47,423 bases of DNA from positions 1 to 47,423 of the forward strand of contig JBGFRZ010000052.1 of the NCBI GenBank assembly GCA_041694835.1. The letters run 5' to 3'. This stretch comes from Ignavibacteria bacterium. Its GTDB lineage: Bacteria > Elusimicrobiota > Endomicrobiia > PHAN01. Below the pieces are notes generated by a model that was not told where the DNA came from, did not search any database, and worked only from the letters and a program-made list of their open reading frames with translations. A program made the position numbers and the translations under genes. Below are positions 1 to 8,812 of the stretch, one piece after another; within the stretch, counting starts at the first letter, position 1; each line of letters begins with the position of its first letter.

Positions 1-132
1 CGGCATTTGTCTAAAGTCATTAAAACAAAAAACTTTCCAAAACTAATTTTTGAGTACGACCCGACGACAAAACGGGCAGCGCGGGTCTTTGAGATTTTCG
101 AGGAACTGGAGAAAGAGAAAAGCAGTATGTAG
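1..132 (+). CDS. rbfA: Ribosome-binding factor A, 3' end (partial)
   Basis: Frame 1 reads RHLSKVIKTKNFPKLIFEYDPTTKRAARVFEIFEELEKEKSSM*, which resembles the RbfA C-terminal P-x-L-x-F-x-x-D segment. It lies directly before nrnA, as in the conserved rbfA-nrnA order. Not in the ORF track. Confidence 0.8.
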   Translation, partial: RHLSKVIKTKNFPKLIFEYDPTTKRAARVFEIFEELEKEKSSM

Positions 133-206
133 TATATAGTAGGTAGTAGGCAGGGAAGACGGATTTTGCTTTATCCCCCCTTACATACTACATGCTACAT
201 ACTACT
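124..206. repeat. Heptamer inverted-repeat element (AGTATGT/AGTAGGT ... ACATACT)
   Basis: Left arm agtatgt agtatat agtaggt agtaggc; right arm tacatac tacatgc tacatac tact. It overlaps the rbfA stop codon. Confidence 0.85.
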
Positions 207-213
207 TAAAACT

Positions 214-1179
214 ATGTCACAAAAAATACTATCACAAATCATTTCCGAAATAGAAAAAGCGAAAACGATTTTTATCGCAGGGCACGCCCGTCCCGACGGT
301 GATACTGTCGGCTCGTCTCTCGCGCTAAAGCACGCCTTAAAGAAACTCGGGAAAAAAGTGGACGTATACTCAAAAGAAATTATACCCGATTATCTCAAGT
401 TTCTCCCCGGCTCGAAATCCATCAGAATTTCATCAGTTCCCGCCTCGAAAAAATACGACCTTGCCATAATTCTGGAGTGTTCGGATCTGGAAAGGATGGG
501 CAATATATTCAAAGCCGGGCAAGCGCAAAAAATAATAAACATAGACCACCATCTTATAAGCAATCCTTTCGGAGATATAAACTACATAGAACCGTTGTCG
601 AGTTCTACATGTTATCAGGTTTACCTGATGTTGAAGAATCTCGGTGTGGACATCTCAAAAGATATTGCCACCTGCCTCTACACGGGAACACTCACCGACA
701 CCGGGAAATTCCAGCAGAAAAACACAACGCCTGAAGCTTACAGCATGGCTTCGGAGCTCCTCAAAAAAGGCATAAATCTGGTAAAAATAAATGATTTTGT
801 CTATGGCAACAGAGCGACTGGGGCGTTCAAACTGCTCGGCGCCGCTCTCACTTCGCTTGAAATTTCGGGAAACGGAAAAGTCGCATTTATGACACTCACT
901 ATGAACGATTTCAAAAAAAATAAAGCCACCCAGTGGGACACTGAGGGGATTATCAACTATCCTCTGAGTATAAAGGGGGTCGGCATCTCGGTTCTTTTCA
1001 GAGAAATAAAAGGCGGCTTTACAAAGGTAAGCATGCGCTCTAAAGGAAACTTTGATTTGACAAAATTGGCCAAACGATTTAACGGGGGGGGGCATAAACA
1101 CGCCGCCGGTTTCACATTGAATAAAAGCATTGAAGACGCGAAAAAAACATTTCTAAAAAATAGAAATAAAATCTCTTGA
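214..1179 (+). CDS. nrnA: DHH/DHHA1 family oligoribonuclease/PAP phosphatase NrnA
   Basis: Motifs HARPDGD, IDHH, TDTG and GGGH. ATG at 214 is preferred because the longer ORF start is repeat-derived. Confidence 0.9.
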   Translation: MSQKILSQIISEIEKAKTIFIAGHARPDGDTVGSSLALKHALKKLGKKVDVYSKEIIPDYLKFLPGSKSIRISSVPASKKYDLAIILECSDLERMGNIFKAGQAQKIINIDHHLISNPFGDINYIEPLSSSTCYQVYLMLKNLGVDISKDIATCLYTGTLTDTGKFQQKNTTPEAYSMASELLKKGINLVKINDFVYGNRATGAFKLLGAALTSLEISGNGKVAFMTLTMNDFKKNKATQWDTEGIINYPLSIKGVGISVLFREIKGGFTKVSMRSKGNFDLTKLAKRFNGGGHKHAAGFTLNKSIEDAKKTFLKNRNKIS

Positions 1180-1204
1180 AATAATCGGATTTTTATGCTA
1201 AATT
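1176..1204 (+). promoter_or_regulatory. Candidate sigma70 promoter for the pilin cluster
   Basis: TTGAAA (1176-1181), 17-nt spacer, then TAAATT (1199-1204) preceded by TG-c (extended -10). Confidence 0.45.
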
Positions 1205-1216
1205 ATGAGAGTTATT

Positions 1217-1578
1217 AACCGCGGAGCGCACGGAGAACATCAAGAATAAAGTTTCAAAATCTTGGCTCTTCTCCAAATGTTGTTGTAACATTGGTTAAGG
1301 ATTTTGCAATATCGCTATGATGTGTGTGGGGTTAATTGTCTGACTATGTATTTTCGCTCATTCTCGTCCCGATAAATCGGGACTGCGAGGTAATCAAGTG
1401 TTCACACTTGATTAAACCCGCTCAAACACTTTGTTTTTATACGCACAACAAAAAATGGAAAAAACCCAAAATCCCTTAAATGTTCAAAAGTTTCAGGGTT
1501 TGAACTTGAAACTATGAACCATGCAACATGAAACTTTTTTAAGGGTTTAGTTCTCTGCGTGTTCTGCGTCCCCTGTGA
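1217..1578. repeat. Nested imperfect palindromic element upstream of the giant pilin
   Basis: Outer 9-mer arms ccgcggagcgcacggagaac and ctctgcgtgttctgcgtcccctgtg. Inner pairs aaagtttca/tgaaacttt and ttaaggattttg/caaaatcccttaa. Central hairpins gtcccga-taaa-tcgggac (1366-1383) and taatcaagtg-ttca-cacttgatta (1391-1414). Confidence 0.7.
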
Positions 1579-4058
1579 TGAAAAAAATGAACAAGAAAAA
1601 AAATGGTTTTTCACTGGCAGAGTTGATGATAGGCATAGCCATTATAGGCATTCTTTTTGCCGCTGTGGTCGGAACCTTTTACAGCATAGGTGGGGGCATC
1701 CTCGCTACTCGGACAAGAACCGTCGCCACAAATCTCACCGCAGAAAAATTGGAGGAGCTGAAAAATATTCCCTATAAACGTCTGGCTGTCACGAAACTCT
1801 CTGATCTGACGGAGGGAGGCGGTCCCAATTATGACAGAGTGTATTACGAGCCCGAGACCGGGGTTTTGGTGGGCGGAATAAACTACGAAAGGCGCGTTCT
1901 TATAAAAAAAGTTGTAGAATCCGGAACGACTCTTATGGAACTTCTTCCCACAGCGGACGACACTGGACTTAAAAAAATTACCGCAACTGTACTATGGACT
2001 GAAAATAATGAGCAACGGTCTATATCTCTGACAACCATGATAGACGACCCCGATAGAAGAAAACTCTCCGCGCAGATCCGCGGGCGCATAACGACATCGA
2101 CGGCAACAACGCTTGGGATACCTAACGCATCAGTCGTCGTGGCAGAAAATCCCAACTGGCGGACGACTACCGACACAAATGGATATTGGTCTATGCGCGT
2201 CTCAAGCGGGATGATGAGTGTAGTCGCTTCAAAAACCGGCTACTGGAACAGAATATCTACTGCTCATGTCATCGGTGAAGGAAACACAGTCGTTTTTTCC
2301 GACATACAGCTTGTTCCTAAAACCTACGGTAACATAAGCGGCTTTGTCTATATAAGGGACCATCTGGTTATATCCGAAATATGTCCCGGATACGACGGGA
2401 ACAGCACTCTGGAGTATGTTGAACTATACAACCCGACAACCTATCCAATCCGAATCGGAGACGGGTTTAATGCCCATATTTATGATTTAAAATATATTAC
2501 TAACGCCAATGTTGTTGAAAATTTTCCTCTGTGGACACACGCTGTAGCAGATCCTGTTATTCCATCAATGGGATACTTTTTAATAGCAAGTGTGACGTCG
2601 GTGGGCGGCGTTGCGGCAGACGGTTATTACACGGGCGGGGCGCAGGACTGCATAAAAGAACAAAGAAGAGGGGGCGTGGCTCTTCAAAGATACGGTGTTT
2701 ATATCGACTCGGTGGCATGGGGTAGCGCGGGAAGTTTTCCAAGCAATGGAATGGAAACAGAAGGCGTAATTGTAGCGGGTGGAGAAGAATTCGGAGGCGC
2801 TGGACAGGGGATAGGCAACAATAATGTTATTGAACGCTTATCCGCCAGCGGAGCAACCATGCCTAACGCTAATGGCAATGCTTTTGACTCCAACAACAAC
2901 AGGGCAGACTTTGCCTTGCACTCCAGCAGAAATCCGCAAAATTCTTTAAACTCCGAAACCCCCATGACCGGAACGCCCTTGGCGGGGGCGGTGGTATTTG
3001 CCTCCGACGATTTATCATCGCCAGTAACTACTTCAGCGACGGGGTATTTTACATTTAACATGACGGTGGCAACCGGAACATGGAATGTTTCAGCCATCGC
3101 CACAACCACAGCCGGTGGATTTTATGGAGCAACATCGACATTCACTCTGACGACAGGGCTCTCATTCAGCACTAATGTCATATTAAACATAGCGTCAAAC
3201 TATGGATACTTTCGAGGGGGCGTCAGGGTAAACGCTATACCTACCCAAGGCATAAAAGTCATAGCGGGAGACGGCCGGACACAAAGCGATGCGTCCGGCA
3301 GATTTGTGATTCCGGTCGTTTCGGGTGACAATTATGTCTACACGAATCCTAACAACGAAGACCCGAGATACACGTCAAGCTCCACCGGGCCGGTCAGTGT
3401 AATTGCAGGTGGGTTTACGGATGTGGGATGGCAGGATATCTATACGGGAGGCGGTGTGGTTGGCCGGATAACTATAAACGGGAGCGACGGATTAAGTGAT
3501 TTTCCCATAACGATATATGACAATAGCAACAACGAAGTCACTTCGGTTCTGACCGATGCGTTCGGCTATTTCAGTTTTTCCAACTTAAGAAGCGACTTAA
3601 ATAATTACAGACTCAGTCCGATTATCGAAACCGGAGAAACTTCAATACCAACTTCCCGGACCGTATCGGTTCAAAGCGGCGTTATCGAATCCTCTGACAC
3701 CTCCGGGAATTACAACTCTTTTGTGGTTTCAACTCTTTACGGCAAATTCAGGGGATACGTCAAAGATGGTGGGGCTTTTATAGAAACCGGGGTTTTGATT
3801 GTGGCGACTACTTCAACCATATCTGCCGAACCGATAAACATAACTCCGTCGGCAAGAGCATCGCTAAATCCAAATTATTATTCAACAGTCAGTCGTTCCG
3901 ACGGCAACTACACACTTGACGTCAGGGGTGGCTCAACTTATAATTTATACGGCTGGTATCCGAAAGTCACAGGTGGAACGGTGTCTTTCCCGAGAACCCA
4001 AAAATTAGGGTATGCGGCGGTGGCTGGAAGCACGACAATCGTAAACTTCGATTGGTAA
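1578..4058 (+). CDS. Giant type IV minor pilin-like protein: prepilin N-terminus, carboxypeptidase-regulatory-like beta repeats and lamin-tail-like domain
   Basis: Class III signal KNG|FSLAELMI. PilV-like YERRV...LKKITATVLW segment. Repeated G-x-I/V-x-G-x-V...TDxxGY motifs. LVISEI...EYVELYNPT lamin-tail signature. Start is at 1575, 1578 or 1587. Confidence 0.8.
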   Translation: MKKMNKKKNGFSLAELMIGIAIIGILFAAVVGTFYSIGGGILATRTRTVATNLTAEKLEELKNIPYKRLAVTKLSDLTEGGGPNYDRVYYEPETGVLVGGINYERRVLIKKVVESGTTLMELLPTADDTGLKKITATVLWTENNEQRSISLTTMIDDPDRRKLSAQIRGRITTSTATTLGIPNASVVVAENPNWRTTTDTNGYWSMRVSSGMMSVVASKTGYWNRISTAHVIGEGNTVVFSDIQLVPKTYGNISGFVYIRDHLVISEICPGYDGNSTLEYVELYNPTTYPIRIGDGFNAHIYDLKYITNANVVENFPLWTHAVADPVIPSMGYFLIASVTSVGGVAADGYYTGGAQDCIKEQRRGGVALQRYGVYIDSVAWGSAGSFPSNGMETEGVIVAGGEEFGGAGQGIGNNNVIERLSASGATMPNANGNAFDSNNNRADFALHSSRNPQNSLNSETPMTGTPLAGAVVFASDDLSSPVTTSATGYFTFNMTVATGTWNVSAIATTTAGGFYGATSTFTLTTGLSFSTNVILNIASNYGYFRGGVRVNAIPTQGIKVIAGDGRTQSDASGRFVIPVVSGDNYVYTNPNNEDPRYTSSSTGPVSVIAGGFTDVGWQDIYTGGGVVGRITINGSDGLSDFPITIYDNSNNEVTSVLTDAFGYFSFSNLRSDLNNYRLSPIIETGETSIPTSRTVSVQSGVIESSDTSGNYNSFVVSTLYGKFRGYVKDGGAFIETGVLIVATTSTISAEPINITPSARASLNPNYYSTVSRSDGNYTLDVRGGSTYNLYGWYPKVTGGTVSFPRTQKLGYAAVAGSTTIVNFDW

Positions 4059-4067
4059 TAGAAACCG

Positions 4068-4587
4068 TAATTAGGGTTCACTGACGCTTCGCTAAAATTC
4101 ACCACAGATTTATTTTTGGACGCAGCTCAATGCCGATTTTGACAAGATTGGCATATCTACCAAATCTGCGAAAGTCCGCGTTCTAAAAAATAATTGAACG
4201 CAGATAGACGCAGATGAAAAAAGATTTGAACCACGAAAGCGTGAAAACACGAAAATACTTGTAAAGAATTTTGTGATTTCTAATTTTCGTGATTTCGTGG
4301 TAAAGTTTTTAATCTGCGATAATCCTGTAAATCTGCGTCCTAAAAAATAATTGAACGCAGATGAACGCAGAAACAACTTTGATAAACGCAGATTAAAGCA
4401 ACTATAAACTCATCTGCAAAAATCTGCGTCCTATTTCTACTTCGTGGCAAGGTCTTTACATTAAGAATAGCAAAAAATCGTGCACTTTGAGCGTTGTTTT
4501 TATAGTTTCAGTTGTTTAATTCTCGTCGTAGTGCTTGAATTTTTAGCATTTTAGTCCCGCCTTGGCGGGATCAGCAGACCCTAATTA
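4068..4587. mobile_element. MITE-like element with terminal inverted repeats and nested hairpin repeats
   Basis: Perfect TIR TAATTAGGGT (4068-4077) / ACCCTAATTA (4578-4587), with further ctga and ctaaaat/attttag matches. Interior carries AACGCAGAT/ATCTGCG and CACGAAA/TTTCGTG repeat arms. No transposase ORF. Confidence 0.6.
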
Positions 4588-5099
4588 TGAACAATAAACG
4601 CGGGTTCACACTTATAGAGTTGATGATTGTCATCGCAATTGTCGGTGTGGTGTCCGTCATAACCACAAATTACATGGTCAATATAACGAGATTCTTCAGA
4701 ATAAGCCAGGCGAGGATTGAAATCCAGAGAGACGCGCGAAGGTGCATAGACCTTATAAACAGAAATGCTCGGCAATCATCCGCCTCTACGGTGATAGTTT
4801 CTAGATTCAACTCTTCACAGCCTCCATGGTCAATGATTGAATTTACAGACATCAAGGGAACCCAGTGGAAGTTTTATCAGAACGGTACAAATTTTTACAT
4901 GAGTGTGAAAAAAACCACAGACTTATCTTTCAATACGCAAAAGATTGCGGAAAATTTAAGAGCATTGATATTTGCTTATCCGAGGCTGGACGACGATACA
5001 ATAATCTCAATTTCAATCTGTTTTGAAAAGGCGACTTACGAGGGCCATGCCAAAGCGCTTCAGATGTCAGTTGAAAAAATAAGGATAATGAACATTTAA
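4587..5099 (+). CDS. Prepilin-type N-terminal cleavage/methylation protein (PilW/PulJ-like)
   Basis: KRG|FTLIELMIVIAIVGVV prepilin motif. Confidence 0.85.
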   Translation: MNNKRGFTLIELMIVIAIVGVVSVITTNYMVNITRFFRISQARIEIQRDARRCIDLINRNARQSSASTVIVSRFNSSQPPWSMIEFTDIKGTQWKFYQNGTNFYMSVKKTTDLSFNTQKIAENLRALIFAYPRLDDDTIISISICFEKATYEGHAKALQMSVEKIRIMNI

Positions 5100-5114
5100 A
5101 TACCGAGGGCTTTT

Positions 5115-6395
5115 ATGCTGAAAAACAACAAGGGTCAGTCGTTGGTTATTATTTTAGGGATTTCTCTTTTAATCGCTATTATGATACCGACTATGATTTT
5201 TCTGCTCCATCAGGAAGCCAAATGGACCGTTAAGCAGAAAAAAACCGTCACAGCTTTTCAAATCGCCGAGGCTGGGCTCGACAGGGCGGTATGGAAAATG
5301 AACGAAAACGCTACTAACTGGAGAAACGCCGCACAGGGAACTATCCCCCATGGCTCCGGCTTTGACGGCAATACAACATTCAGCGACGTGGCTGGTGGGG
5401 TGTACAGGATAAAAGTGGCGAGAGTATCGGACACAGAAATAGCGATAATGGCAGCGGGAAGAGATGACGACAATAGAGAGTTAAGAGGTCTATACTCTAT
5501 ATACGGCACCGACTTACTTGATACGAGCATAAGAACTGATGGCAATATATCTATGAGCGGAAACTTTGAAGTTCACTGGGGGCCTATAAAAACAAAAGGG
5601 AATATTAACCTTTCGGGGGCGGCAGAGAAAAGATTCTATCCTAAAAAATACGCGACAGGCAACGTAAATCCCAGAGACACCACGGGCTCTACGCCGCCCA
5701 ACAACTGCACCTGCAGCATTTGCCTCTCGGGAAGTTACAGTGGTCCGGAATGGACATCGCTTGCAACAATTCCAGATATTGAAATTGACCTTGACAGATA
5801 TAAAACACTCGCTCAAAACTACCGCCCGCCACCTGGTTCGCCTACGGGAACAAGCGGCTATAGGGAATCTAATGTTACCTTTAACAACTTCGAGGACAAC
5901 CAGACATCCACAGCGACTTACTATATAAAAGGCAATATGACACTTCAAAATTCATTTATAAGAGGTAGAATAATCGTTGAGGGGAATGCAGAATTTGGAG
6001 CGGCCGGGGGAAAAACAAAGGACAACTATCCCATCATCGTCCCTGCGGGTGCATCAAAACATTATCGCTGTAACAACTTCGGCTCGGTGGGTGGCGCAAC
6101 TGACCCATGGACATTCTGGACAGGACGGGGGTGGGTGGAAAATTCTTCTACAACTCTAAACAAAGTTGCCTTGCACGGATTTTTATTTGCCACGGGTAAT
6201 TTGACAGGGACTGCCAACTCAACAGTGATTGGTGGGGTGGCCATAAAAGGTAACGCTGAAGTTGCCGGGACGCCCGTAGTGTACTACTCACCAACAACCA
6301 TATCGCCGATAGAGTATAAAAATCTGTCATGGCAAAAAACCATATGGAGAGAGTTCCACCCACAAAATTTTACTTCACCAAACTGGCCATATTAG
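5115..6395 (+). CDS. PilX-like minor pilin
   Basis: NKG|QSLVIIL lacks Glu5. AFQIAEAGLDRA is a PilX N-terminal motif. The C-terminus is G/N-rich and beta-helix-like. Confidence 0.8.
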   Translation: MLKNNKGQSLVIILGISLLIAIMIPTMIFLLHQEAKWTVKQKKTVTAFQIAEAGLDRAVWKMNENATNWRNAAQGTIPHGSGFDGNTTFSDVAGGVYRIKVARVSDTEIAIMAAGRDDDNRELRGLYSIYGTDLLDTSIRTDGNISMSGNFEVHWGPIKTKGNINLSGAAEKRFYPKKYATGNVNPRDTTGSTPPNNCTCSICLSGSYSGPEWTSLATIPDIEIDLDRYKTLAQNYRPPPGSPTGTSGYRESNVTFNNFEDNQTSTATYYIKGNMTLQNSFIRGRIIVEGNAEFGAAGGKTKDNYPIIVPAGASKHYRCNNFGSVGGATDPWTFWTGRGWVENSSTTLNKVALHGFLFATGNLTGTANSTVIGGVAIKGNAEVAGTPVVYYSPTTISPIEYKNLSWQKTIWREFHPQNFTSPNWPY

Positions 6396-6575
6396 GACAG
6401 GGAACAGAGGTCAGAGAACAGAGAAGAGAGAAATATACGGGAAGCGGAGAACGCAAAGCGGAAAGCGTAAAGCGTGAAGGGTGAACGGCTTTTAACTCTT
6501 TCCGCTTTCCGCTTTACGGCATTTTATTCTCTCGCCCCTCATCTCTCTCCTCTATTCGCTATTTGCTATTCGCTA
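6394..6575. repeat. Nested heptamer inverted repeats (CAGAGGA/TCTCTC outer, AAAGCGG/TTTCCGC inner, TATTCGC tail)
   Basis: Three distinct 7-nt families are readable directly between the pilX-like stop and the kinase start. Confidence 0.85.
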
Positions 6576-6579
6576 ATTT

Positions 6580-8805
6580 ATGTTTAAAGTAAAACTATAT
6601 CCGAAACTCGCCGCTTTAATGATTATTACAGCATCAGCGCCGGCCATAATAGTCGGGATAAGAACCATCGGAATAAATAGGGTTGGTATGCAGGATGCGA
6701 TATTGGAACTCCACACGACTCTGGCAACTTCCATCTCAAAAAAAATATCGGATCACCTCAACGAGATAGATAGAGAAGTTACGATAGCTGCCAGAAGCCT
6801 GCAATTAAACATAGATTGGCAGGAAAGACACGGAATACTTCAGGCCTTGCTTGACACAAATCCGAGCTTCATATCAATTTCAATAGTCGATAAATCCGGC
6901 AGGGAACTCCTCAAGGCATATAACCCCGACCTTGAAGCGAGCCCCGTCCTTTTAAATCATTCCAAAAACGAACTTTTCAAAAAATTCGTCCGCTCGGGTA
7001 TTCCGTCGGCCGAAACTGAGATCGGTGGCGGTGAAACGATAGTAAAGAAATTCTTCCGACTCACGGCGACACACTCTCTTTTTGTGAAACTTTCCTTAAG
7101 CGTCTTAAACAGCGAGATAGCCGAAACGGAGTTCGCAAGAACCGGTATTGTTTTCGTCGTTAGCGGAGCCGGCGAGCTCATAATGCCAGACGGAGCGATA
7201 AGAAAAATTCTGCCCGAGAACGCAGAACTTAAGGAGCTTGACATCGTAAAAAAATCCCTTACAGCAGATGCTGTCGGCTCAGCGGAATACCTATCTCCTG
7301 TCGGGAAAATGGTCGTCGGGGCTTTTGCCTCGGTAAAAAACGTTGGTTGGGGGGTGGTCGTTCAACAGGATAAAGACGAAGCTTATATCTCTGTCAAAAG
7401 GATGACAAGAAATACAATCCTGTTGACTATAATCAGCGTGATTGCGGCGTCTTTGCTCTCATTTTTTCTGGCGAGGGGGCTGACACGTCCGATAGAGCGT
7501 CTGGATGCGGCGGCCAAAAACATATCCAAAAGAAATTTCGAAATATCAGGACAGCTCTCTAATATAAAATCCAAAGATGAAATAGAAGACCTGGCGAAGA
7601 CTTTCAGCTCGATGGCGGAAGAGCTTAAAAAATACGATGAGATGCAGCTCGACAAAATACTCGCCGAGAAAACGAAAACCGAAGCGGTAATATTTTCGAT
7701 TCTTGACGCGATAATCATGACGGACGCGGAAGGAAACATACAACTCTATAACGACCAGGCAAAAAAAACATTGAAATTGCCCGAGAAAGAAGTTATAAAT
7801 ATGCCGGTGTGGGAGTTTATAAAAGACGAAAACCTGAAAAACGCTTTTGATGATGTCGTCAAAAATCCAAAAAGCCAGGCGAAAGAGGTAATGGTGGTAG
7901 AGGGCGCCGTATCCAATTATTACAAAGCATCCTCAAACATCGTCGAACATCCTCAGAAAAAATCCCCCATAGGCGTTGTAACCGTACTTCGCGACATCAC
8001 CCTTGAAAAAGAAATCGACGAGATGAAAGAAACCTTTCTCCACTCAATCACACATGACCTTAGAAACCCGATGACTTCTATAAGAGGTTTCTTGAAATTT
8101 CTGAAAGACGGGGTTGGCGGACCTGTGACGGAACAACAGAAAAAGATGCTGGACACAATGGACCGTTCTTCTCAAAAACTACTTTCGATGATTAACGACA
8201 TACTTGACATAGCAAAACTCGAATCGGGCAAGATGGAACTAAACATTGCGCCAACGAACATAGTTCAAATCGCAAGAAACGCAGCGCAGATGCTGGAGGG
8301 AATGTTCGCAAAAAAATCAATACATTTCGACATAGATGCCTCCGATGACCTGGAGGCGCCTATAAAATTCGACGGCGCGCTCATGGAAAGGGTTTTCGCA
8401 AATCTTCTCTCAAACGCCATTAAATTTACACCGGAGGGTGGAAAAATAACGATAGAGCTCAGAGGACAGAGGACAGAGGACAGAGAACAGAGGGCAGAGG
8501 AAAACCTCTCATCTCTCACCGCTCACCGCTCACCTCTCACCTCTGACCTCTCACCTCTGTCCTCTGTCCTCTCTCCTCTCGCCTCTATAATAGTTTCCGT
8601 TATTGACACCGGCGAGGGCATTCCACCCGATTACGTGGACAAAATTTTTAATAAATTCCAGCAGGTCGACGGACGGAAAAGGGGCGGGACGGGACTTGGT
8701 CTGACTATATGCAAATACATTGTAGAAGCGCATGGCGGGAAAATCTGGGTTGAGTCAAAATTAGGCGAGGGCTCGAAGTTTTCATTTACACTACCGATTG
8801 TTTAG
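6580..8805 (+). CDS. Membrane sensor histidine kinase (Cache-HAMP-PAS-HisKA-HATPase) with a repeat-derived insertion
   Basis: Two TM segments, H-box [10 protein letters not shown]-box [15 protein letters not shown] and GTGLGL. Confidence 0.92.
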   Translation: MFKVKLYPKLAALMIITASAPAIIVGIRTIGINRVGMQDAILELHTTLATSISKKISDHLNEIDREVTIAARSLQLNIDWQERHGILQALLDTNPSFISISIVDKSGRELLKAYNPDLEASPVLLNHSKNELFKKFVRSGIPSAETEIGGGETIVKKFFRLTATHSLFVKLSLSVLNSEIAETEFARTGIVFVVSGAGELIMPDGAIRKILPENAELKELDIVKKSLTADAVGSAEYLSPVGKMVVGAFASVKNVGWGVVVQQDKDEAYISVKRMTRNTILLTIISVIAASLLSFFLARGLTRPIERLDAAAKNISKRNFEISGQLSNIKSKDEIEDLAKTFSSMAEELKKYDEMQLDKILAEKTKTEAVIFSILDAIIMTDAEGNIQLYNDQAKKTLKLPEKEVINMPVWEFIKDENLKNAFDDVVKNPKSQAKEVMVVEGAVSNYYKASSNIVEHPQKKSPIGVVTVLRDITLEKEIDEMKETFLHSITHDLRNPMTSIRGFLKFLKDGVGGPVTEQQKKMLDTMDRSSQKLLSMINDILDIAKLESGKMELNIAPTNIVQIARNAAQMLEGMFAKKSIHFDIDASDDLEAPIKFDGALMERVFANLLSNAIKFTPEGGKITIELRGQRTEDREQRAEENLSSLTAHRSPLTSDLSPLSSVLSPLASIIVSVIDTGEGIPPDYVDKIFNKFQQVDGRKRGGTGLGLTICKYIVEAHGGKIWVESKLGEGSKFSFTLPIV
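8452..8588. repeat. In-frame heptamer hairpin element inside the kinase
   Basis: (AGAGGAC)n-AAAA-(CCTCTCA/CCTCTGT)n encodes [42 protein letters not shown]. Confidence 0.9.
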
Positions 8806-8812
8806 AATATAT

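Noticed and set aside
4178-4362. Possible CRISPR array from the repeated 23-28 nt junction
   Set aside because: There are only two copies, the 157-nt period is too long, the intervening sequence is itself repetitive, and no cas genes are present.
8461-8586. Kinase insert as an intein, intron or frameshift error
   Set aside because: It is too short, has no intein or intron motifs, keeps the frame and matches intergenic repeats.
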